In this document: one piece after another, positions 17,725-26,547 of the stretch
Numbering within the stretch: the stretch's first letter is position 1
Layout of the letters: every line of letters begins with the position of its first letter
Assembly (NCBI RefSeq): GCF_040391475.1
Contig: NZ_JBEBXS010000018.1
Coordinates: forward strand, 7,591 to 71,590
Source of the DNA: Pandoraea pnomenusa
GTDB taxonomy: Bacteria > Pseudomonadota > Gammaproteobacteria > Burkholderiales > Burkholderiaceae
Direction: 5' to 3'
DNA: 64,000 nt
Notes under the pieces: model-generated
What the model saw: only the letters and a program-made list of their open reading frames with translations
Databases searched by the model: none
What the model was told of the DNA's origin: nothing
Program-made: the position numbers and the translations under genes

Positions 17725-19229
17725 ATATTGCCGGTACGCTCGCCCGCGCGGCACAGCGACACCCCGGGCACGTTGCCACCTATGTGGGCGACGCGCCGCA
17801 GTCCGACTACGCGACACTCGCCCGACGGTGTGCCGCCATCGCCGCCGGATTGCGCTCGATGGGCTTGCCTGACGGCGCGCGCGTCGCGCTCTGGATGCGA
17901 AACCGCCCGGAGTATCTCGAATGGCTCTATGCGATCTGGTGGGCCGGGCTGGTGGCCGTGCCCATCAACGCGAAATTGCATCCGCGCGAGGCCGCCTTCA
18001 TCGTCAACGACGCCGAGGCTGCGGTGCTGCTTGCAGAGGCGGAAGACCTGGAGGCGATTCGAGACCATATTGACGGCAAGGTGACGGGCTTCGCGCCGGA
18101 AGACGCGCAGATTGCCCATTGGATGGCAGGCGATGCGACCGTCGCGGTGGCGTCCCGCGAGAATACCGATCTGGCGTGGATCTTCTATACGTCGGGGACG
18201 ACGGGCCGTCCGAAGGGGGTCATGCTCTCGCATCGCAATCTCTGGTCGATGGCGGCCTGCTACATGACGGATGTCGACGCCGTCGGGCGCGACGACCGCA
18301 CGCTCTATGCCGCCCCCATGTCGCACGGCGCCGGGCTCTACAGCGTCGTGTTCATGATGCAGGCGGCGGGGCACATCTTCCCCGCGTCGGGTGGCTTCGA
18401 TGCGGAGGAAATGTTCGCGCTGGCCGAGACGCTCGGCAATGTCTCCTGCTTCGCCGCGCCGACAATGATCAACCGTCTGGTGCGGCACGCGCAGGCCTCC
18501 GGTGCTTCGTCGGCCGGATTCAAGACCCTCGTCTATGGCGGCGGCCCGATGTACTCGGCCGACATCGAGCGCGCGTTGGCGGTGATGGGCTCGCGGTTCG
18601 TGCAGATCTACGGTCAGGGTGAGTCGCCGATGACGATCACGGTGTTGCCGCGCGATGAAATCGCAGCGACGGCACATCCGCGGTGGTCGCAACGACTGGC
18701 ATCGGTAGGCCATGCGCACGCCATGGTGGAAGTGGCGGTGGTCGATGACGACGGCGTACCGGTCGCGGCCGGTGTACCGGGCGAAGTCGTGGTGCGTGGC
18801 GACGTCGTGATGCAAGGCTACTGGCGCAATCCGGAAGCGACAGCGAAGACGTTACGCGACGGCTGGCTGTGGACGGGCGACATCGGCGTGCTGGATGACG
18901 ACGGCTTTCTCACGCTCAAGGATCGCTCGAAGGATGTCATCATCTCCGGCGGCACGAACATCTATCCGCGCGAAGTCGAAGAGGTGCTGCTCCGTGCAGA
19001 GGGCGTGGCGGAGGTCGCCGTGATCGGTGAAGTCGACGCCGAGTGGGGTGAGGTGGTCGTGGCGTATGTCGTCTGCGTGCCCGGCGTGACGCTCGATACG
19101 GCCACGCTCGATGCGTATTGCCTCGACCACATCGCGCGGTTCAAGCGCCCGAAGCGCTATGTCGCCGTGGATGCGCTGCCGAAGAACCATTATGGAAAGG
19201 TGTTGAAGACGGCGTTGCGAACGCCCTGA
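17721..19229 (+). CDS. AMP-dependent acyl-CoA synthetase/ligase
   Basis: Start trimmed to the ATG at 17721 (MNIAGTLARAAQRHPG..), which overlaps the MFS stop codon (ATGA). AMP-binding motif IFYTSGTTGRPKGVMLSHRN. Later motifs GEVVVRGDVVMQGYW, WLWTGDIG, DRSKDVIISGGTNIYPREVE. Confidence 0.9.
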   Translation: MNIAGTLARAAQRHPGHVATYVGDAPQSDYATLARRCAAIAAGLRSMGLPDGARVALWMRNRPEYLEWLYAIWWAGLVAVPINAKLHPREAAFIVNDAEAAVLLAEAEDLEAIRDHIDGKVTGFAPEDAQIAHWMAGDATVAVASRENTDLAWIFYTSGTTGRPKGVMLSHRNLWSMAACYMTDVDAVGRDDRTLYAAPMSHGAGLYSVVFMMQAAGHIFPASGGFDAEEMFALAETLGNVSCFAAPTMINRLVRHAQASGASSAGFKTLVYGGGPMYSADIERALAVMGSRFVQIYGQGESPMTITVLPRDEIAATAHPRWSQRLASVGHAHAMVEVAVVDDDGVPVAAGVPGEVVVRGDVVMQGYWRNPEATAKTLRDGWLWTGDIGVLDDDGFLTLKDRSKDVIISGGTNIYPREVEEVLLRAEGVAEVAVIGEVDAEWGEVVVAYVVCVPGVTLDTATLDAYCLDHIARFKRPKRYVAVDALPKNHYGKVLKTALRTP

Positions 19230-19253
19230 GTGCGGCGTCCGTACCGGCATTGC

Positions 19254-19290
19254 AAAAAGACCACGCGACTTCCGCGTGGTCTTTTTCTTT
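19254..19290 (+). terminator. Rho-independent terminator after the acyl-CoA synthetase gene
   Basis: Stem aaaaagaccacgcg / cgcgtggtcttttt with loop acttc, followed by a T-rich tail. Confidence 0.8.
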
Positions 19291-19445
19291 GGGGCGTGAA
19301 CCACGTCGCCACCGCCCCGCGTCGGTCCGGGGACGGGTGGATATAGTACGATCTCGATATTCGGACTCGGCGTCGGTCACGCCGCTGCCCGTCAGACCAT
19401 TGTTTCGGCCCCAATAGCGCTCACTCTCCTGCTCCCCTTTCCACC

Positions 19446-20327
19446 GTGCCCACAAAAAGCGTAGACACTGCGCCCAAGGCTCGCAAACCGAAAGCTATCG
19501 CGAGCCCAGCCAATTCCCCCGAAAAATCCGTCGCCAGCGCAGGAAATTCCCCGCCACTCGGCACGCAGAGCATCCACCGCGCGGTGACCGTGCTGCGCGA
19601 AGTCGCCGCGCACGGCCTGAAAGGCCTGCGCCTCTCCGACATCGCCGACGCACTGTCGCTCGAACGCCCCACCGCGCACCGCATCGTCAAAGGTCTCGTG
19701 GCGCAGGGCATGCTGATGCAGAACCGCGAAACCCGGCACTATCATCTCGGCCATGTCGTGTATGAACTCGGCCTCGCGGCCTCGCCGCATTTCAGCCTGC
19801 GCGAGCTATGCCAGCCCACGCTGCAGACGCTGGCGGACAAGTCGGGCGACTCCGTTTTCCTGATGGTGCGCAGCGGACTCGACGCGGTATGCATCGATCT
19901 GCTCGAAGGGGGGTATCCGATTCAGACGCGCACGCTGGAGATCGGTGGACGCCGTCCGCTCGGCGTCGGTGCCGGTAGCCTCGCATTGCTCATTTCGCTG
20001 CCGCCGGACGAACGTGCGCGCGTCATGGCGACCAACGCAGGCCGTCTCACGACGTTCGGGAATTTCACGCAGGCGCGGCTCGACAACGCCATCGCCGTGT
20101 CGACCGAAGCCGGTTACGCCATCAACGAGGAAGACGTGCTACCGGGCGTCTCGGCCATTGGCCTGTCGATCCGTCCGCGCCAGGGCACCCCTTACGCGGC
20201 GATCAGTATCGCCGCCATCGAGTCGCGCCTCTCGGGGGCGCGTCGCATCGAAATGGCCAAGCTGCTGCAAAAGGAAGTTCGCGCGCTCGAGAAGCGGCTG
20301 GAAGCCGAATCGCTGCACTGGGAGTGA
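19446..20327 (+). CDS. IclR family transcriptional regulator (paralog 1)
   Basis: IclR HTH (GTQSIHRAVTVLREVA..LRLSDIADALSLERPTAHRIVKGL) and effector domain (GDSVFLMVRSG.., GYAINEEDVLPGVSAIG). GTG start; no upstream ATG is in frame. Confidence 0.85.
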   Translation: MPTKSVDTAPKARKPKAIASPANSPEKSVASAGNSPPLGTQSIHRAVTVLREVAAHGLKGLRLSDIADALSLERPTAHRIVKGLVAQGMLMQNRETRHYHLGHVVYELGLAASPHFSLRELCQPTLQTLADKSGDSVFLMVRSGLDAVCIDLLEGGYPIQTRTLEIGGRRPLGVGAGSLALLISLPPDERARVMATNAGRLTTFGNFTQARLDNAIAVSTEAGYAINEEDVLPGVSAIGLSIRPRQGTPYAAISIAAIESRLSGARRIEMAKLLQKEVRALEKRLEAESLHWE

Positions 20328-20343
20328 CACCCCGCCGGGGGCA

Positions 20344-20892
20344 TCACCCCAGCGCGAGATCCGGGTGGGGCGTCGGTACGCCGTAGGCCCCACCGGCGTA
20401 CAGCAACGGCACGCGGTCGCAATGATGGAGATCCATCACTTCACCGACAAAAATGTAGTGATCGCCGCCTTCGTATTTGAACGCCAGGTCGCATTCGAAC
20501 CAGGCGACGCAGCCGTCGAAGAGCGGCATCCCCCCTCTTCCGCTGCGCCACTCCACGCCGTCGAAACGATCCGGCACCGGCGAAGCAAAGCGCGAAGCCA
20601 GCGGCATCTGATCGGCGCACAGCACGTTGATCGCGAACTTCCCCGATGACTCGAACACCTCCAGGCTGCGCGAGCGCTTGTTGATGCTCCACAGCACCAG
20701 TGGCGGAGAGAGTGACACCGAATTGAACGAATTGGCCGTCAGACCGACCGGTGTGCCGTCAGGCATGGTGGTCGTGACAATCGTCACCCCGGTCGCAAAG
20801 CGTCCCAGCGCGTGACGAAAATGACTGGCATCGAATGTCGTGTTCACGGGAGCCTCCTCAAGAAACGCCATGACAATTTCGCTTCGTTGCAT
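20344..20892 (-). CDS. Flavin reductase (NAD(P)H:flavin oxidoreductase, HpaC/HsaB-type)
   Basis: Flavin_Reduct signature FRHALGRFATGVTIVTT..GLTANSFNSVSLSPPLVLWSI. Last gene of the long minus-strand operon. The alternative ATG at 20871 is also possible. Confidence 0.85.
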   Translation of the reverse strand: MQRSEIVMAFLEEAPVNTTFDASHFRHALGRFATGVTIVTTTMPDGTPVGLTANSFNSVSLSPPLVLWSINKRSRSLEVFESSGKFAINVLCADQMPLASRFASPVPDRFDGVEWRSGRGGMPLFDGCVAWFECDLAFKYEGGDHYIFVGEVMDLHHCDRVPLLYAGGAYGVPTPHPDLALG

Positions 20893-20940
20893 CGCACGTC
20901 GATGACCGTCATGCGGCCCGGCGATGACTGAGTACCGTAT

Positions 20941-21369
20941 TCAGTGCGCGCGGGGTGCGGCGACCACGGCAGCGCCGCTCGCGACGGTTTTTTCCCCAAC
21001 GCGCGCCACGATGTCGCAACGCAGGCGCCGCCGGCCATCGCTGCCCGGCGAGCAATCGGCGACCGTGCCCACCACCATCACGACATCGCCCGGGCGCACC
21101 GGTGCGTTGAAGCGCGCTTCGATATCGACGATGGCCGCCGCAGGGCCGGCCCAGTCGGAGACCGCACGCCCCATGAATCCCATCGTGAGCATGCCGTGCG
21201 CAATGACGCCGCCGAGTCCTGCGTCTTGCGCGTAGCTCTGGTCGTAGTGAATGCGGTTGTAGTCGTCCGACGCTCCCGCGTAACGCACGAGTTGCGTGGT
21301 CGTCACCGCAGGCAGCGAGAGCGCGAAGGTGTCGCCGACGCGCGCGTGCAGAAGATGTGCCCCGTTCAT
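20941..21369 (-). CDS. MaoC-like (R)-specific enoyl-CoA hydratase, hot-dog subunit
   Basis: Start trimmed to the ATG at 21369. MaoC motif YAGASDDYNRIHYDQSYAQDAGLGGVIAHGML. There is a 4-nt ATGA overlap with the upstream partner gene. Confidence 0.85.
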   Translation of the reverse strand: MNGAHLLHARVGDTFALSLPAVTTTQLVRYAGASDDYNRIHYDQSYAQDAGLGGVIAHGMLTMGFMGRAVSDWAGPAAAIVDIEARFNAPVRPGDVVMVVGTVADCSPGSDGRRRLRCDIVARVGEKTVASGAAVVAAPRAH

Positions 21370-21851
21370 GCCAGACTCCTCGACGCCACTTGTTGCGCCG
21401 ATCGATAGACCGTGGTGCGCCGCACCGCGAACACACATTCGTGCGCCACGCCGTCTTGCTCCACCAGATAGCCGGACATCACCTGACGCAGCAACGACAT
21501 CGCACCGCGTGCGCCGTCCTTGTCGTCGATGCCGACCAGTTGCAACCGGCATTCGAAGCGCATGCCCGCGACGATCGGCCGGTGATAGTGAAACCCCATC
21601 TCGCCCGCCACAACGCGACGCCTGTCGAGCGTTGCCATCCACGGCGGATCCTGCGGCGCGCGAAAGCAGGTGGGAAACGTTGGCGGCGCGACAATGCTCT
21701 CGTATCCGTGACGACGGGCAAAGGCTTCGTCGCGATAGAGCAAATTGTCGTCGCCGATGGCGTCGGCGAACTTGCGGATCGCGCCGCGCTCGACCTCCAC
21801 CAGAAACGGTGGCGCGCTCGTGCCAATCAATGAACGGTCGATTTCAGTCAT
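21366..21851 (-). CDS. MaoC N-terminal-type hot-dog protein (non-catalytic partner subunit of a heteromeric hydratase)
   Basis: Start trimmed to the ATG at 21851 (MTEIDRSLIG..). GAIRKFADAIGDDNLLYRDEAFARRHGY..VAPPTF is typical of the N-terminal half of split or fused MaoC dehydratases. Confidence 0.75.
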   Translation of the reverse strand: MTEIDRSLIGTSAPPFLVEVERGAIRKFADAIGDDNLLYRDEAFARRHGYESIVAPPTFPTCFRAPQDPPWMATLDRRRVVAGEMGFHYHRPIVAGMRFECRLQLVGIDDKDGARGAMSLLRQVMSGYLVEQDGVAHECVFAVRRTTVYRSAQQVASRSLA

Positions 21852-21905
21852 CGTCACGCTCCTCGTTCGTCGCGCTATGGCGCCATGGCCGCCCGACACC
21901 GGTGG

Positions 21906-23072
21906 TCATTCGACACGCTCCACGATGGTCGCCGTGCCGAGTCCGCCGCCGCAGCACATCGACTGCAAGCCGTAGCGCGCGTCGCGTAATTCCAGCTCGT
22001 CGACAAGCCCGGCCATCAGGCGGGCACCGGTCGAACCGAGCGGATGCCCCACGGCGATCGATCCGCCGTTCACGTTCACGCGCGACAGCTCGGGCCGGAT
22101 CTCCGCGAGCCATGCGCCCAGCACCGAAGCGAACGCCTCGTTGATCTCGAACAGGTCGATGTCTTCGAGCGCCAGTCCGCTACGCGCGAGAATCTGCTGT
22201 GTCGCCGGAATCGGGCCGGTCAGCATCATGGCCGGATCGACGCCCACCACCAGTTGCGCGCGCAACACGGCACGCGGGCGCAGTCCGTATTCGCGGGCTT
22301 TTGCCGCCGTCATCATCAGCACGGCAGCGGCGCCGTCCGACACCTGACTCGCATTTCCCGCCGTCACACGGCCGTCTTCGCGAAACGAGGCCTTGAGCGA
22401 GCCCAGCTTCTCGAGCGACGTGTCACGACGCACGCCTTCGTCGCGCGTCAGCATCTCGCCGTCGGCCCCAACGACCGGCAGCAGTTGCCGTGCGAAGCGA
22501 CCGGCGTCGTGCGCGGCAGCACTCAATGCATGGCTGCGCAACGCCAGCTCGTCGAGATAGGAGCGGTCCAGCTTCCAGTGCGCGGCGATGCGCTCGGCGG
22601 CGATGCCCATCGACGGCATGGAGAAGCGCTCGACCAACGACTCCGGATACCGACGCCCGTATTTGGTGTCGTCGTTACCGCCCTGCGTGGTGGACATCAA
22701 CTCGACGCCACCGGCGATCACCACGTCGCAGGTGCCGCTGCGGATCAGGTTGTCGGCGAAGTGAATCGCCTGCTGCGAGGAGCCGCAGGCACGCTGCACG
22801 GTCGTGCCCGGCACGGTGAACGGAAAGTCGGCCATGAGCAGCGCAGTGCGTGCGATGTTGCCGGCCTGCTCGCCCACCTGCGTGGCGCATCCGGCCACCA
22901 CATCGTCGACCGCGTCGGCAGGCACGCCGGTGCGCGCGAGTACCGCACCCAGCACCTGCGACAGCAGCGCGGCGGCGTGCCACTGACGCAGCGCCCCGCC
23001 CCGTCGTCCGACGGGCGTTCGCACGACATCGACGATGACCGGGTCCCGATCGGCAAGCGCGGAAGCTTTCAT
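21906..23072 (-). CDS. Acetyl-CoA C-acyltransferase (degradative thiolase)
   Basis: Start trimmed to the ATG at 23072 (MKASALADRDPVIVDVVRTPVGR). Active-site segments VQRACGSSQQA, NVNGGSIAVGHPLGSTGARL, CCGGGLGTA. Confidence 0.9.
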   Translation of the reverse strand: MKASALADRDPVIVDVVRTPVGRRGGALRQWHAAALLSQVLGAVLARTGVPADAVDDVVAGCATQVGEQAGNIARTALLMADFPFTVPGTTVQRACGSSQQAIHFADNLIRSGTCDVVIAGGVELMSTTQGGNDDTKYGRRYPESLVERFSMPSMGIAAERIAAHWKLDRSYLDELALRSHALSAAAHDAGRFARQLLPVVGADGEMLTRDEGVRRDTSLEKLGSLKASFREDGRVTAGNASQVSDGAAAVLMMTAAKAREYGLRPRAVLRAQLVVGVDPAMMLTGPIPATQQILARSGLALEDIDLFEINEAFASVLGAWLAEIRPELSRVNVNGGSIAVGHPLGSTGARLMAGLVDELELRDARYGLQSMCCGGGLGTATIVERVE

Positions 23073-24256
23073 TCTCCCGACTCCCCGGACTTCGCCGCCC
23101 ACTGACTGTTCTTCCGCCCGAGCAGATGGCCCGCGATCATGTTCTTGTGAATCTGCAGCGTACCGCCGTAGATCGAACCGCCGCGCACTTCGCGGTAGCG
23201 GCCTTCCACCGGGTATTCCGTCATGTAGCCGTAACCGCCGAGCAGTTGAATCGCGTCGTCGCAAATCTCCTTGGCGGCCTGCGCAACGTAGACCTTGGCC
23301 ACCGATGTCTCCAGCGGCGACGGCAAGCCGCTGGCCGTGTTGCACGCGGCGCGATAGGTCAGCAACTGCGCCGCTTCGAGCTTCACCTTCATGTCGGCCA
23401 GCATCCACTGCAACCCCTGAAAGTCGGCCAGCTCGCGGCCGAACTGCTGGCGCTCCTGCACGTACTGCAGTGCGAAATCGAACGACGCCTGCGCCGAGCC
23501 CAGCATGCGCGAGATGCTGCCCAGACGCTCGACGTTGTACACGCTGATGAGCTTGGCGAACGCCCGGCTCTCCGCGAGGATGTTCGCCTTCGGCACCCGG
23601 CAATCGTCGAAGTAAAGCTCGTACTGACGCTCGCCGGCCATGTTCACCGTGCCACTGCTGCACGAGAAGCCCGGCGCGTCGTGCGGCACCATGATCGCGC
23701 CGATGTCGCTCGCCCGCCCGGTGTTGCCGAAACGGCAGTACAGCATCGTGTAGTGATGCCCCTTGGCCGCACTGATGAAGATCTTCTGGCCGTTGATGAT
23801 GACGTCGTCGCCCTCGATCCGGGCGCGGGTCTTCATCGCGGTGGCCGCCGACCCGGCGTCCGGTTCCGTGATGCCGATGGACACGCCGATCTCACCGCGC
23901 GCGACGCCGCCGACGAAACGCGACTTCTGCGCCTCGGTCCCCAGTTCGAGCACGGCGCCGATGGCCCCCGTCGACGTGCGATGCGCCAGGCCGCCCAGCG
24001 TCGAATCGACACGCTGGATGGTCTGGATCAGCAGCAGCGTCTCCAGCAAAGGCAACCCCATGCCGCCGTACTCCTGCGGCATGTTCAGCGCGAGCAATCC
24101 GGCTTCGGCCATTTGCCGGCGCAGGCGTTGCAACGGCGCGAAGTCGCCCTGCGTTTCGGCCTCATGGGCCTCCTTCGCCAGCGGCAGCAACTGACGGCAC
24201 AATTTCTCGGTCGCGTCGATCAGTTCGCGCTGCGATCCGGTGAGCTGAAAATCCAT
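23069..24256 (-). CDS. Acyl-CoA dehydrogenase (LCAD/IVD-like variant)
   Basis: Full ACAD architecture. The C-terminal motif reads SIYGGTLQIHK instead of the MCAD-type YEGTxEI, so Gly replaces the usual catalytic Glu, as in LCAD-type enzymes. Confidence 0.9.
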   Translation of the reverse strand: MDFQLTGSQRELIDATEKLCRQLLPLAKEAHEAETQGDFAPLQRLRRQMAEAGLLALNMPQEYGGMGLPLLETLLLIQTIQRVDSTLGGLAHRTSTGAIGAVLELGTEAQKSRFVGGVARGEIGVSIGITEPDAGSAATAMKTRARIEGDDVIINGQKIFISAAKGHHYTMLYCRFGNTGRASDIGAIMVPHDAPGFSCSSGTVNMAGERQYELYFDDCRVPKANILAESRAFAKLISVYNVERLGSISRMLGSAQASFDFALQYVQERQQFGRELADFQGLQWMLADMKVKLEAAQLLTYRAACNTASGLPSPLETSVAKVYVAQAAKEICDDAIQLLGGYGYMTEYPVEGRYREVRGGSIYGGTLQIHKNMIAGHLLGRKNSQWAAKSGESGE

Positions 24257-24298
24257 GGAAACTCTCGAAGTCTTGATTGACGAAGGCGGCGTCCCGAC

Positions 24299-25477
24299 TT
24301 AACGCTGAAGCGTCGAGTCGAACGATTCGCCCAGTTCGGCCGCACCCACGATCTGCGCCGTCTTGTCGTGGCCAACGTGCAGGATGTGCGTGTTCAGATC
24401 CCGGATCAGGCGCGCCAGCGGAAACTCGTCGAACAGCGCCGTCGAACCGGCCAGCATGATCAACGTGTGCGACATCTCGAGCGCCGCATGCGCGCAGATA
24501 GACTTGGCCTGCATCGAGATCAGCTCGGCGCGCTGGACATCGCCCGCGCGCCACGCATCGATCGCGTTCTCGAACACCACCTGTGCGCCGTGCAATTGCG
24601 TCTTGGCTTCACCCATGCGCAGTTGCACGAACGGGTCCTTGCCGCGGCCACGTTCGACGAGACTCTTGCGCACCCACTCATAGGCGCCCTCGATCATGCC
24701 GAGATAGTTCGCCGTGAAGCCGAGGTGGAAGCGTCCCTGCCAGCGCCCGCGCGGATACACGCCCGGCTCGCCCAGCACATGCAGTTCGTCGATGAAGACG
24801 TCGTTCAGATAGATCTCCGGGCTGGGGCACACGCGCATACCCGTCGGGCGATACCAGTCATGATTGACGGTAAGCCCTTCCATACCCGGCTCGACGATGA
24901 CCATCAGGTGCGACTTGAAGTATTCCGTTTCGCCTTCGATGGTCGCGAACACGATGGCAACGCCGTTCTCGTAGCCATTGGTCGCGTAATTCTTGTTGCC
25001 GTTGACGATGTAGCCGCCGTCGACCTTCTTCGCGGTCGTCTTGAGCACGTACATGTGCTTGCGGCCTGCTTCGCTGCCCACGAACGACGACACGCTCATC
25101 TTCTGCGTCATCGGCTTCACGAAACGTTCGCGCTGCGCGTCGGTACCCAGCTCGTCGATCGCCCATGCCACGTGGTTCTGCACCTGCATGCAGTGGGCGG
25201 TGCCCGGAGACACGCGCGCCACGCGACGCATCCCTTGCAGGAACGTCGCCGGATCGGCCGACATCACATTGCTGCCGAGGCCGCCGTGTTCCTTGCGCAC
25301 GGTCGCCGTCAGCAGACCAAGCTCGAACAGATCCTGCAGGTTCTCGAACGGCATGGCGGCCGCGTCGTGATATTCGCGCTCACGAGCCGGAAAGCGGCTT
25401 TGCACGACGTCTTCGAGCGCCGCGAGCACATCGGGGTTGCCCTGCCTGGACAACGAAGGGGTTTCCGCAAAATTCAT
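24299..25477 (-). CDS. ACAD-fold protein of the 'type 2' class, probable flavin-dependent monooxygenase oxygenase component
   Basis: Start trimmed to the ATG at 25477 (RBS aggagg). ACAD-like length and fold cues are present. The C-terminal region reads ..ARLIRDLNTHILHVGHDKT.. where dehydrogenases carry RDAR..YEGTxEI. No catalytic Glu motif is visible. Confidence 0.7.
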   Translation of the reverse strand: MNFAETPSLSRQGNPDVLAALEDVVQSRFPAREREYHDAAAMPFENLQDLFELGLLTATVRKEHGGLGSNVMSADPATFLQGMRRVARVSPGTAHCMQVQNHVAWAIDELGTDAQRERFVKPMTQKMSVSSFVGSEAGRKHMYVLKTTAKKVDGGYIVNGNKNYATNGYENGVAIVFATIEGETEYFKSHLMVIVEPGMEGLTVNHDWYRPTGMRVCPSPEIYLNDVFIDELHVLGEPGVYPRGRWQGRFHLGFTANYLGMIEGAYEWVRKSLVERGRGKDPFVQLRMGEAKTQLHGAQVVFENAIDAWRAGDVQRAELISMQAKSICAHAALEMSHTLIMLAGSTALFDEFPLARLIRDLNTHILHVGHDKTAQIVGAAELGESFDSTLQR

Positions 25478-26547
25478 GTTGCCTCCTGAAAGGGGACCGC
25501 CTGAGCCTCCGGAGCGGAGATGTTGGCGGTTTCTATCGCCTTCGGGCCGATGGCGCGCGCAGCGGTGTTCGCTGTCGCTACGGGAATCGTTTCCGCGAAA
25601 TGACACGTCACCCAGTGGCGCGGCGCGATCTCCCGCGCGACTGGCTTTTCTTCACGACAACGCGCTGCCGCATGCGGACAACGCGGATGAAACGGGCATC
25701 CGGCGGGCGGATTCATGGGCGACGGAATCTCGCCGGCGACCGCCTGCGAGCCGCTGCCGCCGCGTGCGTCGACCGAAGCGATCAACGCCTGCGTGTACGG
25801 ATGTCGCGCGCCGCGCATCAACGTCGCCGTATCCGCCACTTCCATGAACTCGCCGAGGTACAGCACGCCGATGCGCTGACTCATGTAGGCCACGACGGCG
25901 AGGTCGTGCGAGATCAGCAGATACGTGAGATCGAGCGTGCCCTGCAGGTCCTTGAGCAGATTCAGGATCTGGGCCTGAATCGATACGTCGAGTGCCGACA
26001 CGGGCTCGTCGAGAATCATGCAGCGCGGGCTCAGGCTCAACGCGCGGGCGATGGCCACACGCTGACGTTGGCCGCCGGAGAGTTCGTGCGGGAATTTCCG
26101 CCGTGCGCCACCCGGCAAGCCGACGAGTTGCAGCAACTCGTCCACGCGACGGGCACGGCCTGCGTCGTCGAGCGTGCGATGAATACGCAGCGGTTCGTCG
26201 ATGATCCGGCCGATGCGCATGCGGGGATTGAGTGCGCTGTACGGGTCTTGCAGCACCGGTTGCAGAACACGGTGGAAGTGCTCGCGTGCCGCGCCATTCA
26301 ATTGCTGAATGTCCTGCCCGTCGACCTTCACCTCGCCGCTCGTGGCCGGCTCGGCCAGCATCAGCATCTTGGCGATGGTGCTCTTGCCGGAACCGGATTC
26401 GCCCACCAGCCCGAAGGTCGCTCCCGGCTCGACATCGAACGTCACCCCTGCAACGGCATTGAGCGGGCGCGCACGTCCCAGCAGACCACGACGCACGTCG
26501 TAGGTCTTTCTGAGGTCTCGCACGGAAAGATACGGTTGCGACATCAC
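25474..26547 (-). CDS. ABC transporter ATP-binding protein (DppF/OppF-like)
   Basis: Walker A GESGSGKST, signature LSGGQRQRVAIARAL, Walker B MILDEPVSALD, oligopeptide-type C-terminal extension (PMNPPAGCPFHPRC). Confidence 0.9.
   Translation of the reverse strand: MMSQPYLSVRDLRKTYDVRRGLLGRARPLNAVAGVTFDVEPGATFGLVGESGSGKSTIAKMLMLAEPATSGEVKVDGQDIQQLNGAAREHFHRVLQPVLQDPYSALNPRMRIGRIIDEPLRIHRTLDDAGRARRVDELLQLVGLPGGARRKFPHELSGGQRQRVAIARALSLSPRCMILDEPVSALDVSIQAQILNLLKDLQGTLDLTYLLISHDLAVVAYMSQRIGVLYLGEFMEVADTATLMRGARHPYTQALIASVDARGGSGSQAVAGEIPSPMNPPAGCPFHPRCPHAAARCREEKPVAREIAPRHWVTCHFAETIPVATANTAARAIGPKAIETANISAPEAQAVPFQEAT

Noticed and set aside
21906-23663. Long 5' extensions of track ORFs, for example thiolase to 23663, ABC ATPase to 28454, permease to 30167, ligase from 17406, biotin carboxylase from 41201, and hisF/hisI/hisE/hisB/hisG extensions
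   Set aside because: The extensions run through the upstream gene in another frame and encode low-complexity sequence. Conserved N-termini, RBS-like sequences and ATGA/GTGA coupling identify the shorter starts reported in the features.
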